Under the pieces are notes generated by a model. It did no database searches, was not told the origin of the DNA, and saw nothing but the letters and a program-made list of their open reading frames with translations. Made by a program: the position numbers and the translations under genes. DNA of 64,000 bases from Eledone cirrhosa (Eukaryota): assembly GCA_964016885.1 (NCBI GenBank), contig OZ024758.1, positions 25,420,001-25,484,000 on the forward strand, read 5' to 3'. Positions 13,934-25,339 of the stretch are shown here, in pieces (the stretch's first letter is position 1; every line of letters begins with the position of its first letter).

Positions 13934-14879
13934 TTTGAAGCTTGAAACCTCATGTGTGTATCTATGATTGGCAGATCTTCAGCTAAACTGAGGAACTCTA
14001 CCACACTGGCACACACATTCATGCTCACACTGACACACTGACACAAGTACTTGAGGGCTCTGCTCACATGACCCTCCCAGGAATAAGTGGACAAAGAAGA
14101 AGACTTGAATAGACATGCTGTTGTTAAATATTAACATAGTTTTGCTATTGTTAATTGAGTGGTTTATGTTAAGATGTAGTGAGATATCAATTCATTAGTT
14201 TTTACCCCATGACAATATCATTAATGAAAATCTTTCAAATAAACGCAACGGATGTCACTCATTTGTTTGTACAAGTTGCTAGACAATACAAATATCTCTA
14301 CAGATATTTACTATAGATGGATACTTGTTGATTTTTATCTGCCTCTAGCAACAAACTATCCTAGTTAATGCTCTCTTGATATTCATTCTAAAGAATCAGA
14401 CACTGTTAGTAAAAGAAACCTCTGAATTACTAATTCAATTACTTGAAGCATAAATGAAGCTAGGAGAAGATTTGTTTAAAATATCATGTGTGGAGGCATG
14501 TAGCCTAGTGGTAAGGATGTTGGACATGTGATCATGATGTTGTGGGTTCACTTCCTGGATTGGGTTATGCATTGTGTTCTTGAACAAAGCACTTCATTTC
14601 ACGTTGCTCCAGTATACTCAGTTGTAGATGAGTACCAGAAAGGGATAAGGTCTGAATGGTAAACAATCAAGTATTTAGTTGCAGACCTGTCGACTCTCCC
14701 TGTCCGACGGATGGGGGTTGAGGTGGGTGGGAGATCTCTTCTCCTGTAAAAATGGGTATAGCTTTCATCTATATATAAATTTCTGCAATTCTGTCACAAC
14801 ACGTAAAGAGAGAGGAGTAATTTGACTACCTCATACTACTTCTTTCTCTTTGTGTCTGCTGCCTGCGTGAATGTATGTA

Positions 14880-15420
14880 TGTGTAAATGGAAGGAAGGGA
14901 GTGGTGAAAAAACTATAGCAAAATAGCAATTGGTGTTCCATTTGTTATGCTGTGTATGTGTGTATGTGTGTATGTATGTGTGTGTATGTGTGTGTGTAAA
15001 TGGAAGGAAGGGGGTGGTGAAAAAACTATATCAAAATAGCAGGTTGTGTTCCATTTGTTTAAACTGTGTAAGTGTGTATGTGTTTGTGTGTATGTATCTG
15101 TGTGTAAATGGAAGGAAGGGGGTGGTGAAAAAACTATAGCAAAATAGCAGTTGGCGTTCCATTTGTTATGCTGTGTATGTGTGTATGTGTTTCTGTGTAT
15201 GTATGTGTGTGTATATGGAAGGAAGGGGGTGGTGAAAAAACTATAGCAAAATAGCAGTTGGCGTTCCATTTGTTATGCTGTGTGTGTGTGTATGTGTTTG
15301 TGTGTATGTATGTGTGTGTAAATAGAAGGAAGGGGGTGGTGAAAAAACTATAGCAAAATAGCAGTTGGTGTTCCATTTGTTATGCTGTGTATGTGTGTAT
15401 GTGTGTGTGTATGTATGTGT
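14880..15420. repeat. ~107-120-bp minisatellite (5 copies) containing (TG)n
   Basis: Repeated aatggaaggaagggggtggtgaaaaaactatagcaaaatagc block. Confidence 0.92.
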
Positions 15421-15902
15421 ATGTATTTTTGTAAGTGTGTCTGTGTTTGCATGTTTATATTTATACACTCATACATATAAATGTATGCATATGCCCATAC
15501 ACACATACACACATATGCGTCAGCGCGTTGAAAAAAATCCTAGTTATGTAAAATCTCCCCATTTTGTCTAATTTCTCCTCTTTTGGGGGCACCTTTTTTC
15601 CATGGTACACCCCATTTTGGTTTTTAGGGGTTGACAGGTCAGTAGTTGTAGCATACAGCTTTTAGTATACTTTATACTGTGTATTTGGTTCTGTAGGGTG
15701 TAATGTGACAGCCACATCACAGCAACTTTACTATTTACCTGATTTCCATCTCAAAAGAGGTTCTTGATATCAGTAAAGACAGGTGAGATATATTTCGTTT
15801 ATCCAAGGTAGATGTAATAAATTATGAAGCAACATATCTTGAAGTAAAACCTCTAATTAACTGTTGTTAGAGGAGCAATTATCATTCTCGCAAATTTTGC
15901 TC

Positions 15903-15948
15903 TGTGTGTGTGTGTGTATATATATTTATATATATATATATTTGTGTG

Positions 15949-15979
<31 letters not shown>

Positions 15980-16114
15980 CTATAGATATATATATTTATA
16001 TATATCTGTGTGTGTATGTGTGTGTATATATATTTATATATATATATATATATTTGTGTGTGTGTGTATATATATTTATATATATATATATATTTGTGTG
16101 TGTGTATATATATT

Positions 16115-16163
<49 letters not shown>

Positions 16164-16164
16164 A

Positions 16165-16195
<31 letters not shown>
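15903..16195. repeat. (TG)n/(TA)n compound microsatellite
   Basis: Direct reading. Confidence 0.95.
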
Positions 16196-16275
16196 GATAA
16201 AGTTTATTTCTGGGTCAGATAGTTGAGAATGTGGTTAAAAGAGAGTGCTGTAACAGTTAGTGTTCAAATATATTT

Positions 16276-17623
16276 GTTATAAGTCTTGTACTTGATAGGG
16301 TACTGGTTATATAATAAGTATTGTACTTGATAGGGTACTGGTTATAATAAGTATTGTACTTGATAGGGTACTGGTTATATAATAAGTATTGTACTTGATA
16401 GGGTACTGGTTATAATAAGTATTGTACTTGATAGGGTACTGGTTATATAATAAGTATTGTACTTGATAGGGTACTGGTTATAATAAGTATTGTACTTGAT
16501 AGGGTACTGGTTATAATAAGTATTGTACTTGATAGAGTACTGGTTATAATAAGTCTTGTACTTGATAGAGTACTGGTTATAATAAGTATTGTACTTGATA
16601 GGGTACTGGTTATAATAAGTCTTGTACTTGATAGGGTACTGGTTATATAATAAGTATTGTACTTGATAAGGTACTGGTTATAATAAGTCTTGTACTTGAT
16701 AGGGTACTGGTTATAATAAGTATTGTACTTGATAGGGTACTGGTTATAATAAGTCTTGTACTTGATAGAGTACTGGTTATAATAAGTCTTGTACTTGATA
16801 GGGTACTGGTTATAATAAGTCTTGTACTTGATAGAGTACTGGTTATAATAAGTCTTGTACTTGATAGGGTACTGGTTATAATAAGTCTTGTACTTGATAG
16901 GGTACTGGTTATAATAAGTCTTGTACTTGATAGAGTACTGGTTATAATAAGTCTTGTACTTGATAGGGTACTGGTTATAATAAGTCTTGTACTTGATAGA
17001 GTACTGGTTATAATAAGTATTGTACTTGATAGGGTACTGGTTATAATAAGTCTTGTACTTGATAGGGTACTGGTTATAATAAGTATTGTACTTGATAGGG
17101 TACTGGTTATAAGTCTTGTACTTGATAGGGTACTGGTTATAATAAGTCTTGTACTTGATAGGGTACTGGTTATAATAAGTATTGTACTTGATAGGGTACT
17201 GGTTATAATAAGTATTGTACTTGATAGGGTACTGGTTATAATAAGTCTTGTACTTGATAGGGTACTGGTTATAATAAGTCTTGTACTTGATAGGGTACTG
17301 GTTATAATAAGTCTTGTACTTGATAGGGTACTGGTTATAATAAGTATTGTACTTGATAGGGTACTGGTTATAATAAGTCTTGTACTTGATAGGGTACTGG
17401 TTATAATAAGTATTGTACTTGATAGGGTACTGGTTATAATAAGTCTTGTACTTGATAGAGTACTGGTTATAATAAGTCTTGTACTTGATAGGGTACTGGT
17501 TATAATAAGTCTTGTACTTGATAGAGTACTGGTTATAATAAGTCTTGTACTTGATAGAGTACTGGTTATAATAAGTCTTGTACTTGATAGGGTACTGGTT
17601 ATAATAAGTCTTGTACTTGATAG
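16276..17623. repeat. 33-bp satellite (~40 copies)
   Basis: Unit t(a/c)ttgtacttgatag(g/a)gtactggttataataag. Confidence 0.97.
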
Positions 17624-18341
17624 CAGAGAACTGTTGTTTGTAATTGGTTAACTAGGTACAGTATAATTACAGACCTTGCTTTATCAATCTCAGAATGGTA
17701 AACAGTAAGGTCAACCCTTGCAGGATTTGAACTTAAAATGCAGAAGGTTTGTCAATTTGACATCTTCAAAATCTTGATAAATCACTTATCTAAAATAAGT
17801 GAACATTTATATAAATGCATTTTATGCGTGGCTTTTTGATAAAGAGTAATGGATTCTACTGACTTTAGAAATTACCATTATTATATATATCTAGTTCCAC
17901 ACTGTAAATGTGGTTGGTGTTAGGAAGGGCATTCCAGGTGTAAAATCCTTGGCCAAATTTATGGTGTGGCCAACTCTGGCCAGAATTACCTCCCAGCGTG
18001 GATGACCCATCTAACCCATGCAAGCATGGAAAAATGGATGCTAAACGGTGATGATGATGATGATGATGATATTGATGTCATTCCTAAAAGAAGTGAAAAT
18101 GTTTTAACTGAAGATTGATAGCATGATTATTGTCTTCATTGTTCAAGAACTTGATTCTATACTCTTTTATTTGCATCCCAAATCTATCATTGGAATTTAC
18201 TATATTACCCATGGACATGCTTACAAAATCAGTAAACAGTACAGCTCCCATGACTTTCGGAAACATTTTTCACGCTCAGAGTTGCTGAACCATGAAACAA
18301 ACTACTTGCATCGGTTGTTAGCTCTCAGGACACTGCATCCT

Positions 18342-18891
18342 TTAACCCTTTAATGTTCAAACCGGCCAAAACCGGCCAGAATTCTCTACCTATTTCTGTT
18401 GAAACTGGCTGTAACTGGTCACTCAAACTGATGTTAAGGTATTGTTCTCAAAATAAATACTTTCAAAATCTCATAGATTCGATATTATGTGAGGTAAAGC
18501 CTTTACCATGAAAATATAATAGTATATGGAGGCACATGGCTTAGTGGTTAGAGCAATCGAAAGGTTGTGAGTTCAATTCTCAGACCGAGTGATGTGTTGT
18601 TTCCTTGAGCAAGACACTTTATTTCACATTGCTCCAGTTTACTCAGCTGTAGAAATGAGATGATAGGGACTGGGGTCCTTATCATTCCACTGCAAAGTGG
18701 TCGTGGAGGTGCCATCGCAAAAAAGCACCCAGCACTCACTGTAAATGGGGTTGGTGTTAGGAAGGGCATCCAGCTGTAGAAATCAAGCCAGAATCAGTTC
18801 CCGCCCCACCCTTGCAAGCAGGGAAAAGCGGACGTAAAATGAAATGATGATGATGATCATATATAGAGTAATGTGAATGCTAAAAGGTTAA
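18342..18891 (-). mobile_element. piggyBac-type MITE inserted in the CR1 fragment
   Basis: TTAA duplicated at 18342 and 18888. The uninterrupted site gcatcctTTAAaacc is seen at ~31930. Confidence 0.9.
18528..18858 (+). mobile_element. tRNA-SINE family B (tRNA head, Meta/V-like core, RTE-derived tail)
   Basis: ggaggcacatggcttagtggttagagc head, gagttcaattc B-box, ggtgttaggaagggcatccagc tail and (GAT)n end. Confidence 0.92.
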
Positions 18892-19146
18892 AACTTCCTG
18901 AAATTGCCAACACTACACCTGATATTCTCCCTTCCATACACGCACACACACTCATGTATCTGTGTATATATAATGACTCTTACACTGTTCACTTTCCTGA
19001 CATTTGTACATTATTTATAAAGTACCAGTAATGGGATAATTGCTGGCCTTGTGCCAAAAGTAGAAACAATTATTCTATGTACTATACATGCACCTTTGAT
19101 GAGTTGTAGTGTACCTGAGCACTGTACACAATAAATTTCATTATTA

Positions 19147-19490
19147 ATCCCGCCAAGGTTAACTTTGCCTTTCATCCTTACGGGGGTTGATAAAATAAAG
19201 TACCAGTAATGTACTGAGTAATTGCTGGCCTTGTGCCTAAAGTAGAAACAATTATTATTATTATTACTAGGGTGGTGGGTTGGCAGTATCGGTAGAACGT
19301 CAGACACTATACTTTGTAGCATAGAGTTACGTCCCTTTACATTCTGAGTTCGAATCCCGCCGAGGTTAGCTTTGCCTTTCATGGTTACAGGGTCAATAAA
19401 ATAAAGCACCAGTAATGCACTGGGGTCAATTTAATTGACTTTCCCTTGCCTCAAATTGCTGGCCTTGTGCTTATAGTAGAAATCATTATT
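19147..19490 (+). mobile_element. Two SINE family A copies
   Basis: Core and tail motifs. Confidence 0.88.
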
Positions 19491-19761
19491 GTTGTTATTA
19501 CTACTGGGGAAAATGAAAGTCAAGTTTTGCCACTGCATAATCTAAACCAAGATATGTAGACTTTAGAAACTTTAAAATCAATACTCTAATCCTCAGTTAT
19601 TTATGTTCTAAACAAGTCCATTTCCGTATGCCAAATATATACAGGTTGTATATTCACTTAGCAATTCTCTCCTCACTACATCAGTAAGTACAGTCAAGGG
19701 TGTGTTTCACAGTTAAAACTAGAATAGAACCAAGCTAGCAAAACAAAAACATTGTTTATTA

Positions 19762-19818
19762 TTAACTCTTTTGAGTGCTAAAAATGTACCAGTATGTTTT
19801 TGGCACTCAAAGAGTTAA
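19762..19818. mobile_element. Tiny TTAA-bounded hairpin (possible minimal piggyBac-type MITE)
   Basis: TTAActcttttgagtgctaaaaa...tttttggcactcaaagagTTAA. Confidence 0.55.
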
Positions 19819-20090
19819 GTTAAGCATAAGCACAAACAAAGTAAATAAAGCAAATTTTCATATATAAATGTTATATATATATAATAGAAAAAAAGAAGGA
19901 AGTTTCGTTTACATATGAAAAGTATGTATAGTGCATTGACCTGTTACACGTGTTTCACAGAGGATTGGCTCAAGGTAACCTATAGGAGTTATTGACCTGA
20001 TTCCAGTGTCGATCTGCTCATCAGACTGGTGATGTGACAAAAAATATATTTGCACTGTACTACCCACACACTATATATATATATATATAT

Positions 20091-20438
20091 GGAGGCACAT
20101 GGCTTAGTGGTTAGAGCATTGGCCTTGCAATCGAAATATTGTGAGTTCAATTCTCAGACCGGGTGATGTGTTGTTTCCTTGAGCAAGGCACTTTATTTCA
20201 CATTGCTCCAGTTTACTCAGCTGTAGAAATGAGATGATAGGGACTAGGGTCCCTATCATTCCACTGCAAAGTGGTCGTGGAGGTGCCACGGCAAAAAAGC
20301 ACCCAGCACTCACTGTAAATGAGGTTGGTGTTAGGAAGGGCATCCAGCTGTAGAAATCAAACCAGAATCAGTTCCCGTCCCACCCTTGCAAGCAGGGAAA
20401 AAACGGACATGAAATGAAATGAAATGGAATGGAATGAA

Positions 20439-20440
<2 letters not shown>
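20091..20440 (+). mobile_element. SINE family B inserted in (TA)n
   Basis: Full-length copy with (TA)n on both sides. Confidence 0.93.
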
Positions 20441-20501
<61 letters not shown>

Positions 20502-20504
<3 letters not shown>

Positions 20505-20799
20505 AAGTTATGTTGGTGCCACAAAATCCAGGCCGAAACAAATGAGATCGTGTAGGTGTCACGAAAAAAAAAAAAAACACACAGTCCACGCTGTAATGTG
20601 GCCGTGTAGGCAACACGGTAAAAACGTCCCAGTCCCACACTGTAAATGTGGTTGGTGTTAGGAAGGGCATCCAACTGTAAAAAACCCGCCAGACAGTCCT
20701 ATGCGAGCAAGACAACCACTCTTGCCTCAAGTGGGAAAACTCCCGTCCAAACCCATGCAAGCATGGAACACGGACGTTAAACGTTGATGATGATGATGA

Positions 20800-20802
<3 letters not shown>
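20502..20802 (+). mobile_element. RTE LINE 3'UTR fragment
   Basis: Reverse complement of 20945-21250; ends in (GAT)n. Confidence 0.92.
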
Positions 20803-20833
<31 letters not shown>

Positions 20834-20878
20834 TAAAAAAAAAAAGAATTTTTCGCTCTACATGGCAGAATACAATAA

Positions 20879-20934
20879 ATGTAATCTGAGTTTTTCGAAT
20901 ATTAATAATAATATTCGAAAAACTCAGATTACAT
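20879..20934. repeat. 56-bp palindrome (26-bp arms) in (TA)n
   Basis: atgtaatctgagtttttcgaatatta-ataa-taatattcgaaaaactcagattacat. Confidence 0.92.
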
Positions 20935-20944
20935 ATATATATAT

Positions 20945-22291
20945 CATCATCATCATCATCATCATCATCAGCGTTTAACGTCCGTGTTCCACGCTTGCAT
21001 GGGTTTGGACGGGGGTAGTCCCACTTGAGGCAAGAGTGATTGTCTTGCTCGCATAGGACTGTCTGGCAGGTTTTCTACAGTTGGATGCCCTTCCTAACAC
21101 CAACCACATTTACAGTGTGGGTCTGGGAGGTTTTTACCGTGTTGCCTACACGGCCACATTACAGCGTGGACTGTGTGTTTTTTTGTCGTGACACCTACAC
21201 GATCTCATTTGTTTCGGCCTCGATGGCGCGGCACCAACATAACTTTACATAGAACGGGGTGGTGTGGATCGGGTGGGGGTGGTGGGACGGGGTGTATTTG
21301 TTAGAGATGCCTACTGGCTGGAGTAGGTTTTACTATATATTTAGGTAAGGCGGGTCTTCTCTGTTACTGAGTACCGCCAAAGGTCTCGGTCCAGTGACAT
21401 TATCTTGGAGAGGTGTAAGTGTGTGATGTCGGAGTTTATCAGCTCGTCCCAGGTTTTTCTAGGTCTGCCTATTCCGTGACTACCGTCTATCTTTATTGCC
21501 CTGCACTTTGTTATACAGCTATCGACTTTCATGCGCATCACGTGTCCATACCAACGTAGCCTTCTCTCGAGTAAACAACATCTGATCCCTCTTATCTCTA
21601 ATTTATTCCTTAGTTCGTTTATGCTTTGCCGTTCACGTATATTACTGTTACACATCCAGCGGAGCATGCAAGCTTCGTTCCTCTCTAGTCTGCGTATATC
21701 CTCTGCACACAATGCCCAGGTCTCACTGCCATGCAGCATTGCTGTTCGTATGCAGGCATCGTACAACCTGCCTTTCATTTTTAGTGAGAACCCTTTAGCA
21801 GCTAATAGTGGTATAAGCTCTCTGAACTTTTTCCAACCAGTTCTGACTCTAGCTACAGTACTTTCAGAGCACCCTCCCCCACTGCTGATTTTATCGCCCA
21901 GGTAACGGAAGCTGTCCACTATTTCTATAGAACCCTCTGCGCAATTGAAAGAGCTAGTAGTTTGTGGGCACTTGCTGCTACTTATTGCACCAGAGCACCG
22001 GCCACATGTAAAATCTATGTTCTTAGTTAGCCTACCTGTGATCCCACTACATCTTTTATGCACCCATACTTTGCATTTAGGACATAAAATGGAGTTTCTA
22101 CCTACGCCTTTCCTACACACCGAGCACGACCATTTCCCAGAAGGGACCGCCGCCTTGTTTTCTTTCCTACAAACTAGTACTTTGGTCTTAGCCAGGTTAA
22201 TTTTAAGTCCTTTTGACTCTAGGCCGTGCTTCCATGTTTGGAATTTCTTCTCTAGCTCGGCCATTGATTCCGCTATGAGTGTCAGGTCGTC
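20945..22291 (-). mobile_element. 5'-truncated RTE-clade LINE
   Basis: Begins at the DD of YADD and includes the RT C-terminal half, 3'UTR and (GAT)n tail. Closely related to 50068-52312. Confidence 0.95.
21341..22264 (-). pseudogene. RTE ORF2 C-terminal part (RT palm end, PHD finger, thumb)
   Basis: GLKINLAKTKV, FRYLG, MLHGSETW, RRLRWYGHVMR and GRPRKTW motifs, plus a C4HC3 insert. Confidence 0.92.
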
Positions 22292-22409
22292 GTTTACAAA
22301 CCCGCTTCCTTATCCAATAATTGTTTCTACTTTTGGCACAAGGCCAGCAATTACCTAGTGCATTACTGGTACTTTAATAGGTAAGATAAACGACTTCATG
22401 TGGGTAATC

Positions 22410-22620
22410 TATCTATCTATACGCTCCTGAAGTTGAGGGTTGTTCTATCTACGGGGTATTAAACAACCCATTTGTGGCGCCTCTCCCCTATTGGGGATTT
22501 CGATTGTTATATTTGTTTGTTTCATATTTTTACACGATTGTATGTAAAATTCCCGACATGTGTCTTTGTTTTGTCCCCTTTTCTTGTGCGCCCTTGTGGC
22601 TAATAAAGAAATCTATCTAT
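22410..22620 (+). mobile_element. Probable Penelope-type pseudo-LTR remnant in (ATCT)n
   Basis: Flanked by atct repeats. Contains a ctgaag..gggttgtt/aacaaccc hairpin (decayed hammerhead-like), a T-rich body and an aataaa end. Confidence 0.45.
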
Positions 22621-22829
22621 ATTTATCAATATATAAATATATTAATAAATGAATACTCCATCGCTCCTAGTCACCAACTTTTAGCTGGGATAAATTATTG
22701 ATGTGAAGTGCTATTTGATTGCTTCAACCAACTTATCCTTGCAACATTTCAGCGTAACATCCACGTATAAGCACCCTGATTATATATTCCAAGAGATGTC
22801 AACATGAATGGACCTGTTATTTTTATCTA

Positions 22830-22997
22830 AAGACATTTTTTCCAATTCCAACCTGCCCATCCCCTCAATCTATCTTATTTCTCAATCTTTCTTCTGTATA
22901 TGTATGTTTACAAAGCCGCTATATCAAGCGTTAACCTAATATATTCCTTCCATATACTGTACCGATTGTGTTGTTATTTCTGTTTACCGTTTACATA
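22830..22997 (+). mobile_element. PLE pseudo-LTR remnant, diverged inverted partner of 23773-23956
   Basis: ttaacctaatatattccttccatatactgtac is the reverse complement of 23807-23838; ends in (TA)n. Confidence 0.65.
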
Positions 22998-23013
22998 TAT
23001 ATATATATATATA

Positions 23014-23383
23014 GATCGTGTAGGTGTCACGAAAAAAAAACACACAGTCCACGCTGTAATGTGACCGTGTAGGCAACACGGTAAAAACGTCCCAGTCCCA
23101 CACTGTAAATGTGGTTGGTGTTAGGAAGGGCATCCAGCTGTAGAAAACCTGCCAGACAGTCCACGCTGTAATGTGGCCGTGTAGGCAACACGGTAAAAAC
23201 GTCCCAGCCCCACACTGTAAATGTGGTTGGTGTTAGGAAGGGCATCCAACTGTAGAAAACCCGCCAGACAGTCCTATGCGAGCAAGACAACCACTCTTGC
23301 CTCAAGTGGGAAAACTCCCGTCCAAACCCATGCAAGCATGGAACACGGACGTTAAACGATGATGATGATGATGATGATGATGA
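23014..23383 (+). mobile_element. RTE 3'UTR fragment with internal 112-bp duplication
   Basis: Matches 20546-20800; the block acagtccacgctg...gccag is repeated. Confidence 0.9.
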
Positions 23384-23385
23384 CA

Positions 23386-23481
23386 CAGGACATCCCCCAA
23401 AAATGTATACATACTTCAACAGTATTCTAATAAATATTGCTTGTACAGGTAATCAAAGTGTGTATACATTTTGGGGACACC

Positions 23482-23484
<3 letters not shown>
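23386..23484. mobile_element. ~100-bp Tc1/mariner-type MITE
   Basis: TIRs cagg..tccccaaaaatgtatac / gtatacattttggggacaccctg followed by TA. A second copy lies at 30860-30961. Confidence 0.85.
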
Positions 23485-23562
<78 letters not shown>

Positions 23563-23566
<4 letters not shown>

Positions 23567-23658
23567 AAGGAAAAGCGAAGTAGTTTCAGATGTTCAAGTC
23601 CTTTAATAATATTATTAAAGGACTTGAACATCTGAAACTACTTCGCTTTTCCTTATTC
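23563..23658. repeat. Perfect 96-bp palindrome (no spacer) in (TA)n
   Basis: Centre aataat|attatt at 23610/23611; the arms are exact complements. Confidence 0.97.
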
Positions 23659-23732
23659 GATATTTACTCCGTCACTCCTATGTGGAAAAAGTACGTTGAG
23701 TGCTTGAATTGAATTGCATCAATATTTACCCT

Positions 23733-23775
<43 letters not shown>

Positions 23776-23862
23776 GTAAAAGTTAAACAGAAATAATAAA
23801 ACAATCTGTACAGTATATGGAAGGAATATATTAGGTTAATGCTTGAAATAGCAGGAAGCGAG

Positions 23863-23898
23863 TCTTAACGTTTCGGACACTAGTCCTTCATCAGAAAA
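23863..23898 (-). ncRNA. Minimal type I hammerhead ribozyme motif
   Basis: Minus strand: tttt CTGATGA a ggac tagt gtcc GAAA cg TT aaga. Palindromic AACGTT loop 3; stem I is weak. Confidence 0.75.
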
Positions 23899-24097
23899 AA
23901 AAATGAGAAATTAGAAAGATTGAAGAGATGGGCGGGTGAGAATTGGAAGACATCTTGGTCTGATACAGTAAAATACCAAAATAGCATAGGTATTCAATGA
24001 GTTAGCTCATATTATCATATGTTGTTGCTGATCCATGTATTAAATATCTTCTCTGATTATTTTAGTAAACTCCACCTCCTTCTAAAAGCAATAATAT

Positions 24098-24284
24098 AGT
24101 TGTTTCTACTTTAGGCACAAGGCCAGCAATTACCCAGTACATTACTGGTACTTTATTTTATCGACCCCGTAAGGATGAAAGGCAAAGTTAACCTCAACGG
24201 GATTTGAACTCTGACCATAAAGGGACGTAACTATGCTGGAAAGCATGGCGTCTGACCCTCTACCGATACTGCCAATTCACCGCC
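24098..24284 (-). mobile_element. SINE family A with TSD
   Basis: Flanked by aaagcaataatatagt / aaagcaacaatatagt. Confidence 0.92.
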
Positions 24285-24461
24285 CAAAGCAACAATATAG
24301 TAATTACTTTAAAGTAATTCAGTACTGTTATTGGGTCATTAAATTTTAATCTAATTATGTGTTGTTTTTATATTTGATCTTCAGTTTCCCCCCAAAATGG
24401 CATTACATTTCACTAAATAACGTTATAATTCACCAAGGTGACCTATGCACAGTTAACTGAC

Positions 24462-25228
24462 GTTATTATCAGTAAAGAATCGGTAGAGGGTCGGACGCCG
24501 TGCTTTGACGCATAGAGTTACGGCCCTTGCCATTCTGAGTTCAAATCACGTTGAGGTTAACTTTGCCTTTCATCCTTACTGGGTCGATAAAATAAAGTAC
24601 CAGTAATGTACTGGGTAATTGCTGGCCTTGTGCCAAAAAGAAGAAACAGTTATTATCAGTAAAGAATCGGTAGAGGGTCGGACGCCGTGCTTTGACGCAT
24701 AGAGTTACGGCCCTTGCCATTCTGAGTTCAAATCACGTTGAGGTTAACTTTGCCTTTCATCCTTACTGGGTCGATAAAATAAAGTACCAGTAATGTACTG
24801 GGTAATTGCTGGCCTTGTGCCAAAAAGAAGAAACAGTTATTATCAGTAAAGAATCGGTAGAGGGTCGGACGCCGTGCTTTGACGCATAGAGTTACGGCCC
24901 TTGCCATTCTGAGTTCAAATCACGTTGAGGTTAACTTTGCCTTTCATCCTTACTGGGTCGATAAAATAAAGTACCAGTAATGTACTGGGTAATTGCTGGC
25001 CTTGTGCCAAAAAGAAGAAACAGTTATTATCAGTAAAGAATCGGTAGAGGGTCGGACGCCGTGCTTTGACGCATAGAGTTACGGCCCTTGCCATTCTGAG
25101 TTCAAATCACGTTGAGGTTAACTTTGCCTTTCATCCTTACTGGGTCGATAAAATAAAGTACCAGTAATGTACTGGGTAATTGCTGGCCTTGTGCCAAAAA
25201 GAAGAAACAGTTATTATCAGTAAAGAAT
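24462..25228 (+). repeat. Four near-identical tandem SINE A copies, 187-bp period
   Basis: cggtagagggtc at 24481, 24668, 24855 and 25042. The linker gttattatcagtaaagaat is present five times. Confidence 0.96.
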
Positions 25229-25339
25229 GAACAGATAACTGATGCTGTATACCAGGTCCGAACACAGAAGAACCAGATTCCCACCGCTATCGCCTCCATC
25301 TCTCTCACCCTCCCCATCTCTCTCACCCTCCCTATCTCT

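Larger units (their letters stand above)
18165..19145 (+). mobile_element. CR1/L2-type LINE 3' fragment with nested MITE and SINEs
   Basis: HDFRKHF...WN.LP-type C-terminus and a 3'UTR matching 31500-32143; split at a duplicated TTAA. Confidence 0.8.

Noticed and set aside
20091-20160. tRNA genes
   Set aside because: The tRNA-like heads are SINE 5' ends followed by core and LINE tail; there is no complete cloverleaf.
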